DNA of 64,000 nucleotides, taken from the NCBI RefSeq assembly GCF_009914755.1, contig NC_060931.1; one strand, 5' to 3'. A program made the translations under genes and the position numbers. The notes under the pieces are model-generated. The model saw only the letters and a list, made by a program, of their open reading frames with translations. It was not told the origin of the DNA and searched no databases. Source of the DNA: the human T2T-CHM13v2.0 reference genome, Homo sapiens. Shown one piece after another: positions 1 through 13,108 of the stretch; position 1 is the stretch's first letter; each line of letters begins with the position of its first letter.

Positions 1-327
1 TACTTGGTGTACATTCTACGTACATGAAGAGAATGAAGTGAAGTCACAGAGTCGTTTACTTGGAATGCACCCTATTGTAAATGGAGAGGACATTACTTGG
101 TTTGTGTGATCTAGGTAAATGGAGAGGATGAATATGAAGTTACAAAGTGTAAATGGAGAGGACGTTACTTGGTGTGTGTGGTCTACTTCAATGGAGAGGA
201 TGAAGTGAAGTTACAAAGCTATTCACGTTCCTGTCATGGCTGAGGGGCTTTCACTTGATTTAGTTCTAGGAAGTCAGCGTGCATCGGCCTTATGTTCTCT
301 ACCTCCAAGCCCTATTCTCCTGCCTCA
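1..327 (-). mobile_element. ERV1 LTR, MER51 family (truncated by window start)
   Basis: Ends in ...CCCTATTCTCCTGCCTCA, the reverse complement of the MER51 5' end TGAGGCAGGAGAATAGGG, preceded by TGATTTAGTTCTAGGAAGTCAGCGTG. Internal repeats of AATGGAGAGGA. Confidence 0.75.
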
Positions 328-2112
328 GTAGCACTGCAACCTAGAGAGCATTTGTCTGTTTGACTGTTAAGGCTTCCATGTTCGAGATGTGTGGTGAGTC
401 GACCAGAAACATTGTTGTAATTTCAGTTTGATAAAGTTGAAGAAGTACATATGCTTGCAGATGAAGGTAAATTTTTAGGGGTTCAATCTGTAATTGAATA
501 TTAAACAAATAACACAAAATTGACTAGATTCATATGTAAAGTAAAATATGCCCTAAAAAATAAGAAATGCTGTTTTTAAAACTGCATGCTAGCTAATAAA
601 CTGGATATTATTTTAAACTCAAATACCTATAAACAGTCTCATCTATAAACATCCTCCCCACCCTAACTGAAACCCAACTGACATAAGGAAGAGCCTAGAG
701 AGGGAGGAGAGGAGGAAGAAGCTTGAGAGAGAAGAAGCTGTAGGGAAGACAAGCTTGAGAGAAGAGAAGTTTGAGAAAGAAGAAGCTGAGGGAGGAGAAA
801 CTTGAGAGTGGGCGGAAGATCACTGAGATGGTGGAGAGTCACAGGTGTGTGAGTAAGGAGAAGATAGGGAGACAGTGGGCAAAGGAGACTTGTGAATCAA
901 GGAGGTTGCAAACATGATAAAAAAGACCTGTGGAGCATCTTCATGAGCAACAGAAACAGCAGTCGTGCTGTCCATGTATGTCTAGAAAGAGAGGGAGTTG
1001 AACCATCCTCAAGGTTTCCAGTAGCCTTAGGCAGTATACAAGAGCATTTGAGAATATTCTTGTCTTGAAAGAGACAAGCAAGTTACTGATACTGCTCGAA
1101 CTAAGGAGCTCTGACATTGGAAGAGATGGCAAGACCCCTGGGAAGACCTGATGATAGGGACAAAGAAGGCACCAAAAACACCAAAAGAGACTCCCAACCA
1201 ATGCCAGCACAGATGAGTTACACCTCAGCCGGTGATAGTAGAAGACAGAGGGTGCCCACAAAAATATCTCCAATGCCTTAATACTCCACCAGCAGCCCGA
1301 TGACACCTTTCAGAGAAGAAAAGGCAATTCTAAAGTGTTGAAGAAATCCCTGTTGTATCTGAGATTAGCCTGAATTGGTAAGATCAGGTAATTGGCCACT
1401 AGGTTGTTTGGGACTCTAAATAGGTTAGTCGTATAAACAACAGAAAGTTTATTTGACCTTTATGCCCATCTGAAAAGCCAAAGCCCACATATAATTCTTG
1501 GCAATGAGTTATGACTTAATAAAAGTTATTTCCATTATACTGATCATAAAAGTCTTTTTCCAGTGTGAAGTACTAAGTACCATAAAGTATTAAGCAGCTT
1601 TGTCATCAACAGCAGCATTCTGAATTTCCAGGCTCTTGATAAGTTGTGGTTACACACCTTGAAACAATCACATCTGGAACCTGTCCTAGGAGTTAGGGCA
1701 GTTGGACTTATCTCCAATAATAATCCTTCCTGAATTAATTCAACATCCACAATGTTTGTCATCAATTAATAAAAGGAAACATAGAATTAAACAAATCCCA
1801 CATGGCAATTATGAGAAAGGCCATAAAAGGAAAACATATTATTTTCTAAGAAACAAAGAAATACAGAACGCCTCTTATGTTATAAGCACAGATATGTGAA
1901 AGATAAAAGATAATGGGACATGAATAGTGCTGGGGTGAGGTGTTAACATTTCTACCAAAGGGATAAGAGCTCCATGGGGGTACTACTTTTCACTATTTAT
2001 TGAAATAAGACAGTCTAAGATGATCTTATAATATATGGTAGTTTCCAAAAAGCAATTTTTTTTTTTTACTATTTCTGAAATAGCTTTGAAATAATATAGG
2101 ACGAGACTGAAT

Positions 2113-2282
2113 GGCCACTGGCTGGTTGGGAAGGAATTCCTCTCTCCTGCAATGTTCTCAGATACAGATGCTTTTACATTTCTTTATCCACAGCCTGGCC
2201 ACAGTGGATAAAGAAATGCAAAAGCATCTGTATCTGAGCACATCGCAGGAGAGAGGAATTCCTTCCCAACCAGCTAGTGGCC
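2113..2282. repeat. Long inverted repeat: 79-bp arms, 12-bp spacer
   Basis: 2113-2191 is the reverse complement of 2204-2282 with 4 mismatches; spacer AGCCTGGCCACA. Confidence 0.95.
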
Positions 2283-2454
2283 CTACAGTCTTGTCCCTTA
2301 ACGTCCCCAGGAGAGCTCATCTGGTGAACTCGGCTTATGCACGTTTCAAGCTTCCCCAAGAAAGGGAAAGGTCAAGAATATTCTTGAGGCAAAAGATCCT
2401 GATTAGGAGCAAGTATTTCAGAAAAAGCTGTGAGGTCTGAAATACACTGACAGA

Positions 2455-2590
2455 AAGTATAAGAAGTTTGTGTCCTGTTTCTATCACTGACAAGCTATGT
2501 AAGTTTGTACAATTCTCTTAGGTCATTCAAACCTCAGTTTCCCCATCTGTAAAACGGAAAAAAATGATAATGGTCCCTTCCTGGCAGACA
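2455..2590 (+). mobile_element. MIR SINE fragment
   Basis: MIR core AACCTCAGTTTCCCCATCTGTAAAACGG...ATAATGG. Confidence 0.7.
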
Positions 2591-2829
2591 TGGCTTATTG
2601 GCTCATTCTCTGATGAAGCACTTCCTACCATCGTCATTTTGTCACTGTCCACTCTCCAGAAAATAAAAGCAGATATTCACTTCACAGCTGAGAGTGGCCA
2701 AGAAATATGGAGGAAAAGTGCATGGGTGCTTCTGATAGGCTTTAAACTGAGCCTTTTCTCCCTTTTACCCATCTTGTGCCCAGTAATTATTTCAAAATCC
2801 AAAGCAATCACATTGCAACCGTGAGTGAG

Positions 2830-3032
2830 GCATCAGTGTGAGCACAATTGGCCAACGTGATAAGAACGGTTTAGAAAGTCCAGCTTCTGAATGGCACTGC
2901 TGAGCAGCTCCAGCAACAGCAGGCACTGCAATTCTTCAGATTTCCTGTTGTAGATTAAAAATGAATCCATATTTGTTTAAGTCACTATAAAGTAAATTTT
3001 TGATTACTTGCAGCTAAAAGCATTCCTAACCA
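2830..3032 (+). mobile_element. MLT1 (MaLR) LTR 3' fragment
   Basis: Typical MLT1 3' end TTGTTTAAGTCACT...TTACTTGCAGCTAAAAGCATTCCTAAC. Confidence 0.55.
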
Positions 3033-5435
3033 CCAAGCCATGTTAAAATTGTTTTTAATTAATAAGCATTTTAGAAATATTATTTATTCTTTTTATACTT
3101 AAAAATACATACCACATGATAGCATGTACATTTTACTTAATTTTTACTGAATGAAATTAAATGGTATTTATTCACTCATCAGATGAATCACATATATTAG
3201 AAATAAAGGAGAATCATGTAAAAATTGCATTGCTAAAAAGAATAAAAAGATGAATTTCTCCCAAAGTTTTTGAACCACAGGCAGTAGTACATCAGCAAAA
3301 TGATTATTTTATTTAAAATGTATAATTTATTATTTATTATTAAGTAAATTATTTATTTTTATTTAAAATTTTTAAAAAATTAGTCTTGTTGGAGCCATGG
3401 AGTAGAAAAAATGATATTTTGTACTGTCACTATATCTTTTCTCAGGGAACTTGCCCTGAAAAAACAAAGGCCCACCTTAGGAGAAGAACACGGGCCAGAG
3501 GCACCCTGTTTCTGAGCTACCCTCAACCAGCCACCTCTGGAAGCACTGGCAACTCATCCCCAGGGGCTGTTGCCCAGCGACTGGGTTTGGCACACCAAGT
3601 GAAATCCACTAGAGGCTGGCTCAGCTGACCTATCCACTCCATTTTCTGTCATTTCCCTCAGCACTACCTGTACTCCAGCCACAGAGAACTATGCAATCAT
3701 CTCTGAACAGATAGTTCAGCTGTCTGCTTATTTTCCCTACAGATCACCCTTCCTCTGTGTCTGCCAGGAATACCCCTCTTACCCAGCAAGGTCCTACTAG
3801 AACATTTACTCCTCACTGACGCTCTTACCCGCAAAATATATGGACCCACCTATGGTTTCCTCATGATGGTCAGCACATATCTCTGTTGTAGGCACTGGCC
3901 AAAATGTTACTTTTTATCTGATTGTGTAGCTTTTTCCCCATTTAAATGTGAATCCAGACCCTATCCCCTTGGTATCCTGAAAATCAGGTGGATCATGATC
4001 CTCTAGTTGACTGGGATTGGCTTTCAAGTGGATAGATTTAGGTTTATCCAAGTGCTAATGGATGGCAGGTTGCAAAGAGGTCATAGGGGGAGCATTTGGA
4101 AGATTGGGGCAGAGGTTTCAAACACTTTTTTTAACAATTATTTTGACCTGTCTGCACGCTGGTTTTATTTACCACTTATGTATACTTTACTTCACTGAAG
4201 AAAGAACTTTTGTCTGTTCACTATGGATGGAGAGCAAAGATTTGATTCAGCTGAACAACAGCCCCCAGTATTTGCACATATACAATCTCCTGAGAAGAGA
4301 TTCAGGAACTGTCTTCCATATTTAGAAACAGCTCAAAGGTTCAATTGATCTTGGATGCCCAGTGGGCTCCAGGATAAATAAAAACCTTTGATTCCCCTAG
4401 GGCTTTCTGGTTTCCATTTTTATCCCTTAGTGTTTGACTAAACACCACATGAAAATGAAAAACCTATACCAACTTTCCTAATTGAAGCTGTGTCTGATTA
4501 TGGAAACACTTAAAACATAAAAATGGGTTGCACATGGCTTGCTCCTGGCGCTGAGCTCAGGAACTACTTCCTGCTGTCAATCCAATGAATTCAACACTGC
4601 ACTATGGATGGTAACAATATTCATCTTCAACTGACAATACTTCACAATATTCAGTTTAAAATCATTTTCCTGGCTAGGTCACTTTAACTTTGTAAGTAAA
4701 CACTGCCAAAATTCCCACGGTCTAGCTAAGACTTTGAGTTTATATATAAACTGAATTTGTACAAGAGGCTGAAGGATATGGTCACAGACTCTTTTTTCTA
4801 CTAGCAGAAGGAAGTCGGCTTCAGCCTGAAGCTTTCTCAATAATAAGAACTATAGGACTATCATGTCCTATTTTCTACAATTTTCAAGTACGGAAACCTA
4901 AAGTCTAAAAACAAAACAAAACACAAGGATAACAAGGCTGGGTTAGGCCATACCCGTACTTTGTACTCATATCCAGACCATACTTCATTTGGAGGGTCAT
5001 GGGAAGCTGTTTTTGTTCATATTGATGTTCTACTGGAAATTAAAATTTTATGAAAATTACAGTTCAAGGTACTGACTCTGATAAGGCTAATGAAGATAAT
5101 CAGAAAAAATCAACTTTAGAACCCTAAACGGCTTAGTTAATCTTAAATTACCCATAAGAGGTAAGGGAAGGTATTTCAGCCACAATGGGGATCTGTGGAA
5201 TCATGCTTTCTATGCATGTCAGTCGGCTAATACTATTGAAAGTCTTCCCAGTACCGGGGAAACACTTCTCCTGCCTTTGCATCCTGGGCCAGCATCTCCC
5301 TGGTCTCAGCCTGTGAAGAGCAGAGGCAAAATGTGTGCTCCATAATACAGAGAATAAGCCCTTTAGAAGCGCCCAAATGGGTTTCAAATCTCAGCTCTGC
5401 TGCTTACTAGAATTTTGCATCTGGAATTTGCATCT

Positions 5436-5927
5436 TCTTTTTTTAAAATATATGAAAATACATTTTATTATTATTTCAGTGTATAATATATTAGTGAATA
5501 CACCAGATTGCATTTTCTCAAATGGCCCATAAATTACACGATAACATTTCTCTTTGATTCCTGAGATCTTCAATATTGTTTGTCTTTCAGACCATCTACA
5601 TTCTTACCATGACTGTGAGACTGATACTGCCCACAAGGATACCAGTACTGAGTGATGAAGAACATTTTGCTAAGTTGTTCTATCGTGGTCCTTGCTTAAG
5701 GTACTGACCTTTTTTTTGCTAATCTATTTTTCAGCACTTGAGCATGTGTTTCTTCATTGTCACGTACAGGATCTGGTTGAGGGAGAGGTTTTATGTGTTC
5801 ATCTGCAATGTCCACAGAAGCGGTGCAGCTTACTATTGTGCTGCCATCAGATGTCAAGAAAAGCTCTACTTTGTGGCCTAACAGTGAAGAATACATAGAT
5901 TTATAAAAAACAATACAGAGCTCCATC
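5436..5927 (-). pseudogene. MRPL42 processed pseudogene, 5'-truncated and frameshifted (possibly MRPL42P4 or an orthologue)
   Basis: The minus-strand translation [49 protein letters not shown] matches MRPL42 [49 protein letters not shown]. It continues across frameshifts as IEQLSKMFF...WYP, then into 3'UTR-like sequence (GGAATCAAAGAGAAATG, CCATTTGAGAAAATGCA.TCTGGTGTATTCA). Intronless. Confidence 0.92.
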
Positions 5928-6039
5928 ATAATTTATCTATCCCTTTTGATTGGCATCCAAGTTTTCTCCCCTTTTCCACTATTGCAATCTCCTTTTGGTT
6001 TGGAAATACACGTTTCAAGATAGTTTGCTATCACTTGTT

Positions 6040-6285
6040 TTACTGCTGCTGATCACTGACACTTACACAGAAGTTAATGTGTGTCAGATAATGTTCTATG
6101 TGCTGATGTATATCACCCCTAAATCTTCACAAAACCCCATCAAGTACATATTTTTATTACCGCTGTTTCATGCCTGTGAAAACAGGTGCAGAGAGGTCCA
6201 ATGGTGTGAGCAAGGTCACAAAACAGGTTACGGTGGAGTGGAGCAAAAGCTGCAGCTTCTGCTCCAGAGCCAGGCTCTTAACAAG
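6040..6285 (-). mobile_element. MIR SINE
   Basis: Antisense MIR pattern: AAATCTTCACAAAACCCC...GAAAACAGGTGCAGAGAGG...CAAGGTCACA...CCAGAGCCAGGCTCTTAAC. Confidence 0.65.
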
Positions 6286-8099
6286 GGCACCTGCTGTCCC
6301 TGCCTCGAGCAGGTTCCAAGGTTTTGCTGTTGTTGGGGTGTTTTGTTTGTTGTGCTGTTCCAGCATCGTAATAATATCAGACACAAGAGCTGCCTGGCTG
6401 TCTTCCCGGGATTAGAGGTAAACACTGAGGCTACATTTTGTGAGTGAAGATAACTAGTCCTTTGGGGAGAAGGCAAGCCAATGGCCCTGGCCTCATTTGT
6501 TAGCCATCTAATTTTCGAGCATGAGTTTGCTTGAGTAGGACCACCTGGTATTAGAACATTTCCTGTGTTCATAGAAATTTAAAATTGTGTATTTATAAAA
6601 CATTTATCAAACTGAGTGACATCATTCAACAATTTGGTACTTTCAGGGGATTGTTGGACGGATGTTGTGGGAACTGAACTTGAAGAAGGAAGAGCCCATC
6701 ATTTGGACACATCTTAGGGCTTCCCAGCTGCACCAGGTTATGGACAAGGGACCTGGAACCCCAACCCTTCCAGTCACTAACCACATGGCCTGAGATGTCA
6801 TTTCATGCAGCTGGGCTCTTTGTGCTCATCAGCAAGTGATGTAAATAAAGCATGTGAGGTTAGCACACCGTATATTCTCAAATCCTGGAGCTACTGGTCC
6901 TCTTGTGACTATTATTATTATTAATATTATAATGAACTTTTGAAAAAATTATTTAGTGTGTTGCAAAGTTTCTCTACACCTGGAAGTAAATGCAGTCAAA
7001 TTTGGGTGAGGCAGGAATTTCCAATCTTGAGTCTGCCCCTTTGCAGACCCTTCCTAGAGGCTGAGACCCTGTAGCTGTGGCCTGAGCCCACCGGATATGC
7101 AGCCAAGTATGGGCATCTGTCAACTACAGCAATGCATAAGGGATGCCACCCAAATAGCTGCACTTTTCTGAAAATCATCACTTCTGTTCTGCAAAGAGCT
7201 ACACATTCCTCTCCCTTTTTCCCTACTTTTGAGTTCTTTATTTTCCAATATGCATGACGCCAAGGGGCCATGAGGATTTGTGAGCATGCAACACCCCTGG
7301 GAGAAGGTAGTCTTTTGTGCCACAATCAGTCGAAGGACCAGACCTGGAACCACTGATTCCCAAGCTGTTGACTGCAGAGTCACCACCAGCTCCTTGAGAA
7401 TCTGATGGTTGATTCAGCTCCTCTTGGATGGGTTGATGGAAAATGCATTTATATTTGGCAAATGCCAATATAATTGGGCTTTTTAAAATTCCAGAAGATT
7501 TTAATTGCAGAAAATTACTTAAGTCCTTTATTGTCTTTTTTTTTTTTTTTGCTCTTAAAGCTGAGCAATGAAGTGAGACCAAACTAGAGTTTAATAAAAA
7601 CTAATTCCCACTAGAATTTAGAGCACATCTTTAAACCTTAAATCTTCTGTTCATGACACTTTGCCCAGTTAACTGCTAGAGCCTGCAGGCTGTTTTTAAT
7701 TTACAGTTTTTACTCCCATCAGAAGATGGAAGGAAAAATAACCGAAAATAATGTCTGCAGAATAGTCCCAGTGCCTAGCTGTCCTGCACAACTGCCAGGC
7801 TCTGTTCAACTTGTGAGAGAGGAGAAATTTCTCTCTGAAAGAAGGGCATTAGGATCCCCAAGGGCTTCTGTGCAAAAAAGGAGAACTGCCTGGTTAGGCC
7901 CCTCCTATATGCCCAGGATGCATAAACATGATCTCCCTCAGACCTCAGGGCAGCATCTTGATACATGAGCAAGCATCCCTGTGCTGCTGAGAAGACATTT
8001 AGAGAGGTGCGGCCATCACACACTAATAAAGTGCAAATCCAATGCATTGTGCAATTCAAATTGGATCTGCCTCTTTCCCGAATCAATTATTTTGCCTTG

Positions 8100-8291
8100 A
8101 GGGGTTGCCAGATAAAATACTGAATGCTGAGTTCTGTTTAAGTTTCAGGTAACCAAGAGTCATGTTTCCATGTAAGTATGTCCTAGATATTGCATGGAAC
8201 TTAGATATACTGAAAAATTATTGATTTTTTTAATCTGAAATTTTGATTGAAGTGGGCTTTCTATAATTTTATTGTTAAATCTGGAACACTA
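8100..8291. mobile_element. MER53 non-autonomous hAT DNA transposon
   Basis: GGGGTTGCCAGATAAAATAC...TAAGTATGTCC...ATATTGCATGG...AAATCTGGAACACTA matches the palindromic MER53 consensus. Confidence 0.85.
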
Positions 8292-8383
8292 GGCGATTTC
8301 TCTTCATAAGAACCAAATGTTGACTATCTGTTCTTTTATTGGTGTAGATCCCAATTCAATTTTCATTAAAATTAATGTATATT

Positions 8384-8550
8384 TGCAAAAAATTAGCCAG
8401 GAGTGGTGGTGGGCACCTGTGGTCCCAGCTGCTCGGGAGGCTGAAGCAGAAGAATGGTGTGAACCGGGGAGGCGGAGCTTGCATGAGCCGAGATGGCGCC
8501 ACTGCACTCCAGCCCGGGTGACAGAGTGAGACTCTGTCTCAAAAAAAAAA
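8384..8550 (+). mobile_element. 5'-truncated AluY-like element (right monomer)
   Basis: Right arm with AGAATGGTGTGAACC/GCGGAGCTTGCA and poly(A). Perfect 16-bp TSD AAAATTAATGTATATT at 8368-8383 and 8551-8566. Confidence 0.92.
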
Positions 8551-8760
8551 AAAATTAATGTATATTCGGCAGGATGTTTGGGACATTGATGCCTAGCCTT
8601 TTATTTCAGGCCTATGAGAAGAAAGGGGAAAAGGATGGAAGAGGATAAAGAAGGAGGGAGAGCAGGAGGGAAGAGTGGGAATGAAGGAAGAAGGAAAGAA
8701 AAACTTAAAGTAGAAGAAAAAGGAAGAAATCAATATTTTTCTGAACATTTTCTATTTTTA

Positions 8761-9081
8761 TTTTTTATTTTTTTTTTATTTTTTATTTTTTATTTTTGGA
8801 GATGGAGTTTCACTCTTGTTGCCCAGGTTGGAGTGCAATGGCACGATCTTAGCTCACTGCAACCTCCCCTCCTGGGTTCAAGCAGTTCTCCTACCTTGGC
8901 CTCCCGAGTAGCTGAGATTACAGGCACCTGCCACCATGCCTAGCTAATTTTGACATTTTTAGTAGAGACAGGGTTTCACCATGTTGGCCAGGCTGGTCTC
9001 AAACTCCTGACCTCAGGTGATCCACCTGCCTCAACCTCCCAAAGTCCTGGGATTGCAGGGCATGAGCCATGGCACCTGGCC
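8761..9081 (-). mobile_element. AluS (Sq/Sx-like)
   Basis: Full-length antisense Alu; TSD CATTTTCTATTTTTA at 8746-8760 and 9082-9096. Confidence 0.95.
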
Positions 9082-10749
9082 CATTTTCTATTTTTAAAAA
9101 AGAGCACCCCTGCTATATCAGAATCACAGGCAATTATAAAGTAATTTAACTTAAAACTGAAATGAATAATAATTCCCTACAGGGGACATCTCTTTAGGAA
9201 GACAACTTGTAAAATATTACATTATTACACTTCAATTTGCATATGCGTACATTTCATTAACTAAATTATAACTATTAATGTCAGGTTTATCAACCAATTA
9301 TCAGCCAATTATTATCACCAAGGAGATCTAGAATAATTAGATGACAGTTAACCAACTAAATCATATGCAAATAAATTCAGTTTTTATCCACTGAAAATCA
9401 GATCCTGCAAGACTCAAAACATCTGGATATCTGTAAGCATCTAAAACTTTGGCATTTTTATAGGCAAAATAATTCACTGGTTTATTTTTATTTGTAATAT
9501 TTACTCAGAGGTTTTATCTCTATACACACACAGTCACATTTCTCATTAATTTAAAAAAGTCATCTGACCTCTTCAGACCCTGGCTGTTGCCCACACTTGG
9601 GCCACAGGACCCTGACAGATCTTCTCACTCTGAGGTTGAATGACTCTCAGAATCAGCCATTAAATGGGTAACTGCAAGTAAGAGATTTAAACATTGCCTT
9701 TCTCTGTTGAAAGGTAGGCACAGAATACAAATATACACTTCCTTCTTTCTTATTTAGGCTTCCAGGAATATAATACACGGTATTTTATACCCCACATATG
9801 TGACGACTAATCCCAAGTAAGCACAAGGTGAGAGAGTTTTAACTGACATGGGGCTAGGAGACAGTAAGATCACACTACAGTCTTCTCTGGTTACTTAAAG
9901 CTTCTTGCATTTATTTGAAAATACTAAGATATATTCCAATGGGAACAGGGACTTGGGAAAATAAAATTGCACATCAGGGCTGACTTCACAAAGAATTAAC
10001 GATAAAATCTCTTCCTTGTCATCTTTTAATTCTTGATCTGTGTGCCTCTGTGCTTAAGAGGAATGGCTGTATGACAGGGGTGGATAGCATTCCTACATCC
10101 CAGGGACATTTGCTGGCTCTGGGGCCCTCACGTCTGGAAAGACATAGTTCCTACCTTCAATCAGTAGGGTACACATGAGCATACCCAAGCACTGCACAAC
10201 ACAGCTGGTTTTATAATAGCCATCATGGAGAGGCAGAAGACAGAGAGGGAAAATCCTTCCAAGGACCTGGTTAGGATCCTCAGAGGAGGAGGTAAAAGAG
10301 CTTGGGAACATCAGAGATGGTGGCAAAGCAAAACTGGCGCGAGGGTAGTGTTGCTTCAGGGACCATGCACCATGGGGCTCTGCTGCTGTGTCTAGGGCGA
10401 GCGTGTTTGAAAATGCAGTGTATTGATAGAAAATGTGATGCATGGTGAAGCCAACAGATCAGGAAATGATTGCCTTTGAAAAGACAGCTTGAGAGGAGTG
10501 GGGATCCTCAGACCACGGGGAGCCACACAAGGCAGTACCAGGGTCGCCAGGAGGCAGAGGGAGAATAGGAAATGTGGGCAAGAGCCTTTACCATCGCTTC
10601 TGCAGAAATGCATGGGAGAGGCCAGGTAGGCAGGTTCAGGATCGGCTGGTCCGAATAATTTCCGGGCTCTGGGGCAGAAGGGCTGTCTCTAATTGTCTGA
10701 TATCTGGCCCTGAGGGTGATAGCCCCATAAGTGGAGGGGCTTGGAGCTG

Positions 10750-10967
10750 TGGGATGCAGAGACACACACAGAGGGAAGACTATGAGAAAAGACACAGGGA
10801 GAAGATGGCCATCCACAAGCCAAGGAGAGAGGCCTCAGAAGACGCCAACCCTGACAACACCTTGCTCTCAGACTCTGGGCCTCCAGGACAGTGAAGTAAT
10901 CAGTTCCTATGGCTTATGCCACCCAGTTTGTGGTTCCTTGTCACAGCAGCCCTAGCAAACGGACACA
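10750..10967 (+). mobile_element. MLT1B-like MaLR LTR, 3' part
   Basis: GACACAGGGAGAAGATGGCCATC...AAGCCAAGGAGAGAGGCCTCAGAAG...CAGCAGCCCTAGCAAAC. Confidence 0.8.
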
Positions 10968-11708
10968 GACACATATCCAACATATGAGGCACTGTTTTAC
11001 ATCCACTACTCACTTATACTGTATCTCACCCAAAGCTGTGAAGTGTGGTCGGTGGGCACAGCATAGTAGGAGACAAATTTGTCCTATGAGAAAAAAATGT
11101 TTCTAAATGTATAGTGAGCAAACAGGTTAGATTTCATAGCCTTCAATTAAAGCATTATGATGTTAATCAAGCATGACATTGTTTATATAGCCACACAAAA
11201 TAAAAATTCAAGTGATTTTTCATCTATTGACAAGTATTCATCTAAATATTTGAGACTGCATAAATAGGTTTTACCTAAGTAGAATATTCCATATTCTGTT
11301 ATCATCTTAGGCTTACTTATTATTGAGAAAGGAGTATACAGGGGATAAAGAGCTGGGGGAGTAAACCAGTTAAGTTCCTCATTACTTCATAAAACGTACA
11401 GATGTGAAAACTGATGTACATCCAAGAGACCCGACCCTTGCTTTACCCTCGGGAACCCACCAGTGGTACAATATCAGGATTACAAGTTTGTATTTTTGCA
11501 CTATTATGAAGCTATTCTTTAACACACGCCCTTCTTATGAAAAAGCAAAATAAAAATCTGAAGGTGTACCAGTATAATTCCTCTACTTACTGACTTTTAC
11601 TCTAATATTTTTCATTTGGAGTGAGAAGAATAACTTTTATAAGATGTTCTATGGCAAAAGTTCTTCCCTGGAATCTTTTCAGAATGAAGCATTGAGAAAG
11701 AATCCGCC

Positions 11709-11850
11709 GGGGGACCTCCTCTTTCAGCTTTGGAGCCCCCCTCCCTCTGTCTCTGTAAGGGGGAGCTTCTTCCTTCTGTCTTCTCCCTTCACTTCTTGCC
11801 TATTAAACTCTCCACTCCTTAAAACCAAAAAAAAAACAAAAACAAAAAAA
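11709..11850 (+). mobile_element. Polyadenylated ERV1-type LTR 3' fragment (L1-mobilised)
   Basis: LTR-like sequence ending CTTGCCTATTAAACTCTCCACTCCTTAAAACC, then an A-rich tail. Flanked by imperfect direct repeats AAAGAATCCGCC and AGAGAATCTGCC. Confidence 0.65.
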
Positions 11851-12415
11851 AGAGAATCTGCCAAACAAACAGCTGTAAGGTTTACACAGTAGAGCAATAT
11901 GGATATTTTTGGAAGGAAACACATGGGAACCATCTCTGAAGCACTTCTGGAGAGTGATTCACATTAAAACAATAAAATATTAACCATAAAAACTTAAGAA
12001 GGTACAAATCATGGGGATAAAAAATCTCTTTAGTTCGGCCACACACTTTAAGAGAGGGTGTTAGGTAGATTATGAGGCACTGGATTCCCATTCCATAAAA
12101 TCTAGGACACAGTTTGGGACAAAAAAGAGTGTATTTGACTGATGGAGGTTAGAGGGTTGGCTTGCAAGCAAGCAGATCCTAACGCTCAGAGCACAGCAGC
12201 CGTCACGTGTGCTTTATCCAGATCCATCAGTTCTACAGAAAGAGGTTGGTGATGGAGACCAAAACCAAAAATCTTACAAAGCCAAGCTACAACAAAGATC
12301 ATGAAAATAATGATGAGAGCTACCACTAGGCATCAGTCACAACTCCCCTCTCCCCTAACAAAGCATAGCTGGCTTTTGAAAAGTAACTTTGATCTGTATC
12401 TTATTCCAACTAAGA

Positions 12416-13108
<693 letters not shown>

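Noticed and set aside
2200-2206. CACAGTG recombination-signal heptamer in the palindrome spacer
   Set aside because: No ACAAAAACC nonamer at 12/23 spacing and no antigen-receptor segments nearby.
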